The notes beneath the pieces are model-generated. The model was not told where the DNA came from and made no database searches. It worked only from the letters and a program-made list of their open reading frames with translations. A stretch of DNA of 57,333 nucleotides from Eubacteriales bacterium (lineage in GTDB: Bacteria; Bacillota; Clostridia; Oscillospirales; CAG-382), in contig JAZTXJ010000068.1 in assembly GCA_045636285.1 (NCBI GenBank), forward strand, positions 1-57,333. Direction: 5' to 3'. Below are positions 1 to 8,289 of this stretch, one piece after another. Position 1 is the first letter of the stretch; every line of letters begins with the position of its first letter. The position numbers were made by a program, and so were the translations under genes.

Positions 1-244
1 CCAAACGGCTGATCAGTAAAGCTAAGCCAAAACATAATAAACCAAAAATCAAGAAAAACATTGCAGCGCCGTTGCTTTCCAGCTCCGGATTTTTGGGCGG
101 TTCGCGGTTCTCTACTCTTTCTGTTAAATAATCATACTCTTTGTCATATTTCTGAATACGATCGCTTAATTCAGATTCAAGTAACTGCAGAGCGCATACA
201 TCTTTCAAATAAGGAACTAAAAATTCCCTGTCGTATCTTGCCAT
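1..244 (-). CDS. Hypothetical membrane protein, 5' part only (runs off window edge)
   Basis: Not in the ORF track. ATG at 244 follows an AAAGGGAGAG RBS and the frame is open to position 1: MARYDREFLVPYLKDVCALQLLESELSDRIQKYDKEY...AMFFLIFGLLCFGLALLISRL, ending in a hydrophobic helix. AT-richer than neighbours. Confidence 0.75.
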   Translation of the reverse strand, partial: MARYDREFLVPYLKDVCALQLLESELSDRIQKYDKEYDYLTERVENREPPKNPELESNGAAMFFLIFGLLCFGLALLISRL

Positions 245-288
245 TGAAAATACTCTCCCTTTCGCAGCAAAACATCTGCTTTTTCCAC

Positions 289-317
289 ATTATAGTAAAT
301 ATTTTCACCAAAGTCAA
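289..317 (-). promoter_or_regulatory. sigmaA-type promoter for the edge CDS
   Basis: Minus strand TTGACT-17nt-TATAAT, about 45 nt upstream of the ATG at 244. Confidence 0.7.
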
Positions 318-365
318 TAGCGACCTTCTTTCTATCACACAAAACCAAAAGAAAAAGTTTAGGTC

Positions 366-397
366 AAAAAAACACCGCCAAAAAAGCGGTGTTTTTT
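366..397 (-). terminator. Rho-independent terminator after the GHL10 gene
   Basis: AAAAAACACCGC-CAAAAAA-GCGGTGTTTTTT perfect stem with A/T tracts on both sides, just past the stop at 409. Confidence 0.8.
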
Positions 398-408
398 GTT
401 ATATCGAA

Positions 409-3081
409 TTATTTCAAGCCTATTATATAGTTAAGCTCATTAAGCAGTGCTTCCTTTACCGTTGCCGTTAATGCGGTATCCGATTCGACATCCGCGCAAA
501 CGGTGCCGAGCTCGGCGGAGAAGGCTATGAAATCGCCGCTCTTGCCCAAGCCTTCGATACGAGCGGCAAGCGCTTCGAGCGCGCTTCCTTCGGCTTCGGA
601 AAGCTTGCCCGCATAGCCGACCGCGAAGCGAATCGCTTTTATGCGGTGGATAAGCATTTCCGTGCTTGCCGTTATAAGCTCGGAATCGGGCGCGGTGGTC
701 GTCGTTGCCGCCACGCGAAACGCGTTGGACACGGTTTTATCGTACCCGCAGGTGCCGATATAGCGAAGCGTGAATACCGAAACGCCCTCTGCACAAAGCT
801 CGTAAGGCATTATAAACTGCTCTTCGATAGATTTATGCGTCGCTCTGACGTAGGTACCGACACCGAGAACAAGCTGTGTATGCTCGGTTACGGGAAGTAT
901 TTCCTCGGCATATTTCTGCTGATATTCGGTAGTATCTCCGTATATCATCGGGAATATCGCATCGGCATAACCGTTTTCCGCCCATTTTTCGACGTCCTGA
1001 TAGGTATAAATCTGTCTGTCGCGGTAATCGGCAAAGCAGGTAAAGCTTACGTGAAGCTCGGGATTTACCGCCTTGACCGTTTCGTAAAAGCTCTTTTGGT
1101 AATCGGAGATTATATCTCTTCTCCAAGCGCACCACTTTTCCCAAAGCGGATCGGTTATTTCCAGCTTGGCGGGGTCCTTGCCGTATTTTTTGATAAAGCC
1201 CGATTTACTGCTTTCGTTATAGCCGAAATCCTCGTAATTGTGCGCCTGATAATAATAAGGAAGCGGGTAGCGCATATAGTCCGCCTGAATACCGAAAACG
1301 TCGTATTTTTCGGCAATTTCTTTTACTATCGCAAGGTTGAATGCCTGAACGTCCTTATCTGCGGGGTCGAGCGTTATAACTCCGTCGGGTCCCGCAACTC
1401 TGCCTCTGTTTGTAAGCAGATATTTATCCTTGTATATGCTCATATAGTGATTTTCGGGATAGGCTACGTCCTCGAGCCCGCTCGAAAATGCGTTTACCAT
1501 CACTATAAGCTTTATTCCTTCTGCATCGCACGCCTGCTTGAACGCGGCGATAATATCGAAATTCTTGTAATCGCGATAGGTAACAAAGCCTTCGACCTCG
1601 CTGTTATATACCGCAAAGCCTGCGACGTGGTTATCGATTATAAGCGTATTGAGCCCGCAATGCTTCGCATAGGCAACGGTATGATCGACGTCATTCTGAT
1701 TGGTATAGTGAAGCACCACGTTTTTGGAGTAATCGTATTCGCCTATCGTTACCCAAGCCATTCTGTCCTGAACGGTGACATAGGGAACAAGCTCGTTTTT
1801 GGCTTCGTTCACTTCCGCGAAAAGCGCCTTGACCGCTTCGGCAAGCGATTCCGCATCGCCGTTCGAGATCGAAGCTTCGGCTTTTTCGGTATCTGCGGTT
1901 GCAGATTGGATAAGCCCTGCCGCTTTTTCGAAATCTATTCTGCTCAGCTTTTCGACAGAGGTGCCGTATTCCTTTTTAATCGCTTCAAGCTCTGCCTTCA
2001 GCCTTGCAAGCTCGGTTTTCGGGGTGGTTACGATACGAATTGCACGCGGGCCGTTTTTTATAACGAGCGCGTTCAATACGGCGATTCTTTTAAGCGTTTC
2101 TGCGGCAAGTCCCGTTGCAGAAACGATATATCCGCCCTTTTGAGGCTTTTTCATTCCCGAGCAAGCGGGAAATATTTCGGTTATTCTTCCGTTCGCATCG
2201 ACAGAAATTTCGGTTACGTTCTGTCCGACGGGTGTTGCCGTATACTTTTCGGACGTGAAGATCACTATTCCGTCCTCGACGCGTTCGGTATTGGTGCCCG
2301 CAACGCTCAGCTTTTTCGCGGTATAGAGCTTTTCGCTTTCGACAAGAACCGCCTCGTCGCCAATTTTCAGCCTTTGCACCTTGCGCTCGTTCGCGCTGTT
2401 TTCGCCGACGGTGAGCACGTATCCGCCCTTGGGGATCGCGATACCCGCAGCTTCATCGCGCGAGCGGGTGATTTCGACGATTTTGCCGTCGCATATCGCT
2501 ATTTCGGTGCAATAAATATTGCTTTCGGTGTTGCCGGTGTACCAATTTTCATCGTAAAGCCAGCCCGTATCTTCTGCGGTTCGAACGGTGTTTTTATATC
2601 CGACCTCGACATATACGTCACCGAATTTAACGTAGCTTTCGGGGAGTGCAGAAAGCTTTTCGTCTGCCAATTCCGCCTTGTCGCCGATGTTTATATCCGA
2701 AATATCCTCGCCGCGAAGACGGACAACGAACCCGTCCTCGGGAATGACTGTATTTCTGCCCTTTTCGCCGATTTCGACAACGATTCCGTCGAGCGATACA
2801 ATATCGTAAAAATCGCCGTTTTCGGATTTGGGGGTGGCAGACCATTCGTAACCGCGCGTGAACAGATAAGCTCCGTTTTCGGCGCCGTCTGCGTTTATAT
2901 TTCTTTTGAGCTCGTATTCCCTGCTTCCGAGCATAAATCTTTTCGCTTCTTCGGTCGGTTCGGATTCAAGCCCGAGCTCCGAGCTTTCCGCCTGTTCGCC
3001 GTTATTGCAGGAAACGAGCAACGGACAAAGCATAAATGCCGCACAGAAAAACGCAAGCATGCGTTTTTTCGTCATTTTCAT
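409..3081 (-). CDS. Lipoprotein with three N-terminal repeats and a C-terminal glycosyl hydrolase-like family 10 (GHL10/DUF187) domain
   Basis: Lipobox LLVSC. C-terminal GHL10-like motifs R-MAWV, GLNTL, LDPADKDVQAF...IVKEIAEKYDVFGIQADYMRYP, W..WRR..I, YQD..KW.ENGY.D.IFPMIY. Three N-terminal repeats end in IPEDGFVV / IPKGGYVL / PQKGGYIV. Confidence 0.8.
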   Translation of the reverse strand: MKMTKKRMLAFFCAAFMLCPLLVSCNNGEQAESSELGLESEPTEEAKRFMLGSREYELKRNINADGAENGAYLFTRGYEWSATPKSENGDFYDIVSLDGIVVEIGEKGRNTVIPEDGFVVRLRGEDISDINIGDKAELADEKLSALPESYVKFGDVYVEVGYKNTVRTAEDTGWLYDENWYTGNTESNIYCTEIAICDGKIVEITRSRDEAAGIAIPKGGYVLTVGENSANERKVQRLKIGDEAVLVESEKLYTAKKLSVAGTNTERVEDGIVIFTSEKYTATPVGQNVTEISVDANGRITEIFPACSGMKKPQKGGYIVSATGLAAETLKRIAVLNALVIKNGPRAIRIVTTPKTELARLKAELEAIKKEYGTSVEKLSRIDFEKAAGLIQSATADTEKAEASISNGDAESLAEAVKALFAEVNEAKNELVPYVTVQDRMAWVTIGEYDYSKNVVLHYTNQNDVDHTVAYAKHCGLNTLIIDNHVAGFAVYNSEVEGFVTYRDYKNFDIIAAFKQACDAEGIKLIVMVNAFSSGLEDVAYPENHYMSIYKDKYLLTNRGRVAGPDGVITLDPADKDVQAFNLAIVKEIAEKYDVFGIQADYMRYPLPYYYQAHNYEDFGYNESSKSGFIKKYGKDPAKLEITDPLWEKWCAWRRDIISDYQKSFYETVKAVNPELHVSFTCFADYRDRQIYTYQDVEKWAENGYADAIFPMIYGDTTEYQQKYAEEILPVTEHTQLVLGVGTYVRATHKSIEEQFIMPYELCAEGVSVFTLRYIGTCGYDKTVSNAFRVAATTTTAPDSELITASTEMLIHRIKAIRFAVGYAGKLSEAEGSALEALAARIEGLGKSGDFIAFSAELGTVCADVESDTALTATVKEALLNELNYIIGLK

Positions 3082-3093
3082 CGGTTTCCCTCT

Positions 3094-3612
3094 CTATTCG
3101 GCAAAGATTATCGGCTGTGTTCTCGGTAACGGCTCGGGAAGCGCACAATCGCGGTAGCCGAGAATACAGTTGCCGATGCCGATATATTCATCGGGAATAC
3201 CGAACGAGCGAGCGATTTCTCTGCCCGAATCGCTTTCGAAAACCTCTCTCGCACGGTGAATCCAGCAGGAGTCTATTCCGAGCGAAAACGCGGCGTTCAT
3301 AAGGTTAGCCATCGCGCAGGAGCCGTCTTCGACGGTAGTGGTGCGGTTTCTGTCGGCAAAAACGACTATAACCGTGCCCGCACCGTAAAAGGGGTCGTTG
3401 TCGCTTCCCATAACCGAAGCGTTCATTTTCGAAAGCCTGTCGCGGAGCTCTTTATTCGTTACGACAAGAAAAAGCGTATCACGCGTGTTTCTGCCCGTGG
3501 GGGCATAAAGCCCCGCTTTGATTATTTTTTCGATGTCCTCGCGCGGTACCTGCTTATCGGAAAAGCTTCTTATGCTTCTGCGTTCGGTAAGCGTTTTTAA
3601 CGTTTCGTTCAT
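3094..3612 (-). CDS. Nitroreductase family protein
   Basis: ERRSIRSF...AGLYAPTGRN and NLMNAAFSLGIDSCWI...GNCILGY motifs. Confidence 0.9.
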   Translation of the reverse strand: MNETLKTLTERRSIRSFSDKQVPREDIEKIIKAGLYAPTGRNTRDTLFLVVTNKELRDRLSKMNASVMGSDNDPFYGAGTVIVVFADRNRTTTVEDGSCAMANLMNAAFSLGIDSCWIHRAREVFESDSGREIARSFGIPDEYIGIGNCILGYRDCALPEPLPRTQPIIFAE

Positions 3613-3613
3613 T

Positions 3614-5344
3614 TTATTCCTCCATTGCAGACATAAGCAACGTTGCGAATTCGCGGTAATCGTCGGCAGAAAGGCTCATTATCTTTTCTCTTTCCCAGTT
3701 TGCATAGAGCTTTGCGATTTCGCGTTCGCGGAGCACGAGGGTATAGGCTTTATCGATTACTTCGGCAAGGTTGCGCTTTTCGGCTTCCTTAAGAAGCACG
3801 AAATAACGTATGCCGCGTATAAGCGTTTTCAGTCTTAAGGTTTCGATAGGCTTGCCGTCGGGCGAGGGATAAACGTAGCCGAGGTCGCCCACGGGGAACG
3901 GACCGTAACGAAGGTCGCTGTTGGGGAAATCCGTCCAGCAGGTATAGCTCCAGCGCAAAAATCCGTCCATCTTCGCAAACGCCGCGAGAATACCGGTATA
4001 ATAACCGTCGACAAGCTCACTGCGAAGGAAGCTGTTGGGAATTTCGGGACAGCAACAAACGTAATAGAGGAAGCGCTTTTCGGGCATTTCGGCTCTGAAC
4101 TGCATAAGCGCGTCGTATTCGCTGTACATTGCCGAAATATAGGGCGCGAAATCGAAAATATCCTTGCCGAACTCGTTTACAAATTCGGCGTGGTTGATAG
4201 CGGTTTTGTATTTAAAGGTGGGAGCAACCGACTTAATGTGCTCAAGGCTCTTGCGGTATGCCTCGATGTCGGCGGGCTCGTCCGCCGCAATGCGTACGCG
4301 GTCTATTTGATTTGTGCTTGTAAAATAAGCCTCGAGCGCGCGGATATAAGTATCGATTTCCGCCGCGGTGTGCAGGTAGCCGTAAACACCGCTTGCTTCA
4401 TCGTATACGCGGATATGTATTCCGTCGGGATAATCGGGTGCGGTGCGTACTCCGCCGTATTCCTTGGTATCCCAAACGTTCACCAAGCCGTAAACCGAAA
4501 TACATTCGTCGATACCGTATTCTGCACAAAGGTCGATATATCTCTGCATTACCGAATAATCGAATTCAAGCGTGCCGTCTGCCTTGCGGGTTACGGCTAT
4601 CATCGAATATTCGAAAAGATTTGCGCTGTATCTCTGCTCGTTCTGGCACGCCTGACCGTTCCAAGGAATTTCGGATGCGATAACGGTCACGCACTTCACG
4701 CCCGAATTACCGAGCGATACGCAGTAATTACGCAAAAGCTCGAAATGGCGGTCGCTCCACAAGCGTACACCGTGCTGTCTTGCGATATTCGAGGGGTGCT
4801 GCCATAAATCGAGATGGAAGCCGTTATCCTTATTGTCGGGGAAGGTAAACCCGAAAACGTCGAGCGAAATTGCGATTTCGCCTACAAGTATTTCATCGGC
4901 AAAGCCGTAGCCTTCATATATTTTCAGCTTGCCCTCGAAGCTTCCCTTTTCTGCGTCCTTCGGTATTGCGATTTCGCAGTAAACCGAAAGAATGCCGTCT
5001 GCTTCGGCTTCGACAACAGCCTTTTCCTGCAAAGAATCGGCACGGTAAAAGGCATCGTCGCAAAGATGCATACCGATATGGAACAGCTTGCTTTCGAACG
5101 GAAAATCGCATTCGATGCGTATGTTTTTACGTCTTACCTGCTGTGAAAACCACGGCTGGCTTGTAAGATTGAGCGCAAACAGCTCGTCTGCCGTAATAAC
5201 CACCTGGAATGCGGCAGTATCGTTTTTGCCCGCAACGAGCTTTATGCTCTTGGGCATTGCTTCGATATTGGAATTGTTGAATCTTGCTCTGTCACCCCAT
5301 ATAAGCTTGAAGCTTTCGGGTGCGGCGCCGTAAAGTATTTTCAT
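3614..5344 (-). CDS. DUF4091 / GH123-like glycoside hydrolase
   Basis: FHLDLWQHP, DEP catalytic-like motif (AADEPAD), YYVCC, GFLRWSY..W, GD...VYP, LR...L.RGI..F.LL C-terminal motif. No signal peptide. Confidence 0.75.
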   Translation of the reverse strand: MKILYGAAPESFKLIWGDRARFNNSNIEAMPKSIKLVAGKNDTAAFQVVITADELFALNLTSQPWFSQQVRRKNIRIECDFPFESKLFHIGMHLCDDAFYRADSLQEKAVVEAEADGILSVYCEIAIPKDAEKGSFEGKLKIYEGYGFADEILVGEIAISLDVFGFTFPDNKDNGFHLDLWQHPSNIARQHGVRLWSDRHFELLRNYCVSLGNSGVKCVTVIASEIPWNGQACQNEQRYSANLFEYSMIAVTRKADGTLEFDYSVMQRYIDLCAEYGIDECISVYGLVNVWDTKEYGGVRTAPDYPDGIHIRVYDEASGVYGYLHTAAEIDTYIRALEAYFTSTNQIDRVRIAADEPADIEAYRKSLEHIKSVAPTFKYKTAINHAEFVNEFGKDIFDFAPYISAMYSEYDALMQFRAEMPEKRFLYYVCCCPEIPNSFLRSELVDGYYTGILAAFAKMDGFLRWSYTCWTDFPNSDLRYGPFPVGDLGYVYPSPDGKPIETLRLKTLIRGIRYFVLLKEAEKRNLAEVIDKAYTLVLREREIAKLYANWEREKIMSLSADDYREFATLLMSAMEE

Positions 5345-5355
5345 TTCTGTTCTCC

Positions 5356-5982
5356 TTATGCGTTCTTTAAATAGGGATTATATCTTCTTTCATCGTCGAG
5401 TGTTGTGGGGCGGTCGTGACCGGGATAAATATCGTAATCGCCGGGGAGATCGCGCAGGGCTCTGAGTGAGCGCATCATCGCCGCTTCGTCGCCGCCGAGG
5501 TCGGTTCTGCCGATACTGTTTTTAAACAGCGTGTCGCCCGTGAACATCATACCGTCGAACACGTAGCAAACGCTTCCCTTCGTGTGCCCCGGTGTGGGAA
5601 TAACGTAAAAATCAAAGCCCGCAACCGAATATTCGCCCTCCTTCGAAAAGGTGTATTCGGCAGGCTCGAAGGGACGGGGGTCATAGGGGATTATCGCGCT
5701 GAACATATCGCGCTCGGTAAGCATGTGCGCGTCGGCTTCGTGTATCGCAACGGGAACCTTTATTCCGCGCAGGTCGCCGACTGCTAAAATATGGTCGAAA
5801 TGACCGTGAGTAAGCAGAATAAGACGGCAAACGGCATCGGCGCGGTGAAGCGCATCCTGTATTACCGTAAGATCCGAGCCGGGATCGATAACTATCGCGT
5901 CGCGCGTGTCGGAATTTTTAAGAATATAACAGTTTGTGCGAAGCGTTCCCACTTCCACTCTTATTACGGACATTTCCTTCAT
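5356..5982 (-). CDS. MBL-fold metallo-hydrolase (glyoxalase II-like)
   Basis: THGHFDH, TPGHTKGS, FTGDTLF, IYPGH motifs. Confidence 0.92.
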   Translation of the reverse strand: MKEMSVIRVEVGTLRTNCYILKNSDTRDAIVIDPGSDLTVIQDALHRADAVCRLILLTHGHFDHILAVGDLRGIKVPVAIHEADAHMLTERDMFSAIIPYDPRPFEPAEYTFSKEGEYSVAGFDFYVIPTPGHTKGSVCYVFDGMMFTGDTLFKNSIGRTDLGGDEAAMMRSLRALRDLPGDYDIYPGHDRPTTLDDERRYNPYLKNA

Positions 5983-6106
5983 AATCTTTTTCCTTTCAGC
6001 TTCGATTATGCCTTAATTATACACGCCAAATCACCAAAAGTAAATAGCAAATAAATAAACTAAAGTGTTTTTTATTCTTTGTTTCGCGCATACACGCAAC
6101 AATCGC

Positions 6107-6135
6107 TTTACATCGTTGCGATTTTGCCGTATAAT
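6107..6135 (+). promoter_or_regulatory. sigmaA-type promoter upstream of the lipoprotein gene
   Basis: TTTACA-17nt-TATAAT. A divergent TTTACT-17-TATAAT on the minus strand (~6017-6045) would drive the MBL operon. Confidence 0.55.
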
Positions 6136-6188
6136 ATCTATGCAAATCCGCCTTTTTCGCATTTTTAAGAAAAATTTATAAAAATTAT

Positions 6189-6215
6189 GTGACAAAACCC
6201 GTCTTGCTTTCGTCT
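6189..6215 (+). promoter_or_regulatory. Putative ECF-sigma promoter (GTGACAAA-N14-CGTCT), copy 1
   Basis: GTGACAAAACCCG...CGTCT, with the same motif and spacing at 50142-50168. CGTC-type -10 elements are typical of ECF sigma promoters. Confidence 0.45.
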
Positions 6216-6247
6216 GTATAGGTGAACACGATTTTAGGAGGTATTTT

Positions 6248-7231
6248 ATGAAAAAATTCGTTTTGTTCCTTATTGCGATTTCACTGCTTTTAAGCCTGAT
6301 TGCCTGCAACGAAGGCACAAGCGAAGCAAGCGATCCCGAAAGCGCAGTATCCGAAAACGCTTCCTCGACCGTTTCACAGCCCGAGGAATCGGGTAGCGAC
6401 GTACACTACGAACAGCGCGAAGCCAAGCAGGAAGCCTATCTTTCGCTTACCGCAGGAATTGCAGGCAAGCAGCTTACTTACAGACAGCGCGAGGAAGGCA
6501 GCGCAAAGGGCTATAAGTACGCCTATTACGAGCCCACGGCTTTTTGTGTTCTCGAAAACGGCAACGTTGCTTTTGTCGATTCGGTCGCGCAGAAAATAAA
6601 GGTTTTCGACACGAACGCAAACGAAATAAATTCGCTTGATTATACCGTCGGGCGCGAAAACGATATGCCCGTGCTTCTTGCCGAAAAGAACGGAAGCTTT
6701 TGCATCGTCGTACAGCCCTACGGACCGTTTGACAATGACGAAAATAAGTATTGCTATGCTCTGCTTGTCGAGCCCGAAAAGCAGACGCGCGTTGAAATGA
6801 CGGCGGACTGTGTCGATTATACCAAAGCTCCGCGCACTGTCGAATTCACCGAGGGTAAAAAGGTCAAGGTCGTTTCCGAACAGCACAAGGTTGTCGAAAT
6901 AGATTTCGAGGCAGGTCAATTCACAGAGCTCGGTGTCGAAAACCCCAAGCTCGGCACCATTGTTTTAACAAACCTCGATTCCCGTTATATCGGCTCCAAC
7001 GAATACGGCGAACCGTATTTTTACCGCACGGTCGGCGACGGCGACGGAAAAGCGGTAACTGTTACGTGTTATGACAAATCGGGAGAAAGGCTTCTTTCTG
7101 CCGAAATCGACTTCCCGAACGATAAAAGCTATACCGCTACGCCGTATACGGTTTCGGGCGAATTCGTGTATTATTTCGTCTGCACCGAAAGCACGGTTGA
7201 AATCTGCAAGCTAACGCTTGGAAATTCTTGA
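6248..7231 (+). CDS. Hypothetical lipoprotein (Ser/Glu-rich linker, probable beta-propeller)
   Basis: AGGAGG RBS, lipobox LIAC, low-complexity linker, NHL-like segment PTAFCVLENGNVAFVDSVAQKIKVFD. Confidence 0.75.
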   Translation: MKKFVLFLIAISLLLSLIACNEGTSEASDPESAVSENASSTVSQPEESGSDVHYEQREAKQEAYLSLTAGIAGKQLTYRQREEGSAKGYKYAYYEPTAFCVLENGNVAFVDSVAQKIKVFDTNANEINSLDYTVGRENDMPVLLAEKNGSFCIVVQPYGPFDNDENKYCYALLVEPEKQTRVEMTADCVDYTKAPRTVEFTEGKKVKVVSEQHKVVEIDFEAGQFTELGVENPKLGTIVLTNLDSRYIGSNEYGEPYFYRTVGDGDGKAVTVTCYDKSGERLLSAEIDFPNDKSYTATPYTVSGEFVYYFVCTESTVEICKLTLGNS

Positions 7232-7260
7232 ATAAAAACGAATAATTTATAAAAAAGTCA

Positions 7261-7288
7261 TTGACATTAACCGTGATTATGTTATGAT
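7261..7288 (+). promoter_or_regulatory. sigmaA promoter for the miaA/division operon
   Basis: TTGACA-16nt-TATGAT with extended TG. Confidence 0.6.
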
Positions 7289-7372
7289 ATTTATAAGGAT
7301 TAGGGCGCAGAAGTTCCAAAACTTGTGCGCCTTTCTCTTCTTGTGAAAACATATAACAGTACGGGGCTTTTT

Positions 7373-8251
7373 ATGAGCGGAATTCCATTGCTTGTCGTCG
7401 TCGGTCCGACCGCGAGCGGCAAAAGCGCTTATGCGATTGAAAAAGCAATACAGTTCGGCGGCGAAATAATAAGCGGCGATTCGATGCAGATATATCGCGG
7501 AATGGATATAGGCACTGCAAAGCCGACAGTTGCCGAAATGTGCGGGGTTCCGCACCATCTTATCGATATTGCCGATATAGAAGAGCCGTTTTCGGCGGCA
7601 AGGTTTGTCGAGCTTGCGGCTTCCGCGATAGCCGAAATACGCTCCCGCGGGAAATTGCCGATAATCGCGGGCGGAACGGGACTTTATATCGATACGTTAA
7701 TAAGCGGCACCGTGCTTTCGGCAACCGAGGACGATTGGGAATTGCGCGAATCGCTTTTTAAATTCGCCGAGGAAAACGGAGCCGAAGCACTGCACGCAAG
7801 GCTCGCGGCGGTAGACCCCGAAGCCGCTCTTGCAATACACAAAAACAACATAAAGCGGGTTGCCCGCGCACTCGAAATCTTTTATAAAACCGGCAGGACG
7901 AAAACCGAGCTCGATAAGGAAAGCAGGCAAAGCGCGAGCATCTATTCCCCGCACACCGTTTATATTCAGCCGAAGGAGCGCGAAACGATTTACGAGCGCA
8001 TCGATAAGCGTGTGGATATAATGTTCGAATCGGGACTCGTGCCCGAAGTCACCGCGCTTTACGAAAAGGGCCTGCGCGAAACGCCCACCGCATCGCAGGC
8101 GATCGGCTACAAGGAATTTTACCCGTATTTCGAAGGACTCTGCAGTCTTGACGAGGTAAAGGAAGCGATCTGCCTCAACACCCGCCACTATGCAAAGCGC
8201 CAGCTTACATGGTTTAACCGTAAGCCCGCAGACGAAATAATTTATATTTAA
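7373..8251 (+). CDS. miaA: tRNA dimethylallyltransferase
   Basis: VVGPTASGKS, DSMQIYRGMDIGTAKP, GGTGLY, QAIGYKE, TRHYAKRQLTWF. Start moved to ATG 7373. Confidence 0.97.
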   Translation: MSGIPLLVVVGPTASGKSAYAIEKAIQFGGEIISGDSMQIYRGMDIGTAKPTVAEMCGVPHHLIDIADIEEPFSAARFVELAASAIAEIRSRGKLPIIAGGTGLYIDTLISGTVLSATEDDWELRESLFKFAEENGAEALHARLAAVDPEAALAIHKNNIKRVARALEIFYKTGRTKTELDKESRQSASIYSPHTVYIQPKERETIYERIDKRVDIMFESGLVPEVTALYEKGLRETPTASQAIGYKEFYPYFEGLCSLDEVKEAICLNTRHYAKRQLTWFNRKPADEIIYI

Positions 8252-8289
8252 TCAACTTTTTTAAAAGCTTTCGGAAAGGAGGAAGCACC

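Noticed and set aside
61-471. 136-aa plus-strand ORF
   Set aside because: Overlaps a minus-strand CDS start, its promoter and a terminator. No RBS or motifs.
646-3129. 827-aa plus-strand ORF and other long antisense ORFs (12541-13809, 24047-25717, 27357-28751, 34092-35840, 46955-48409, 50213-51793)
   Set aside because: Shadows of well-supported genes on the opposite strand, produced by codon bias. They show no recognisable motifs.
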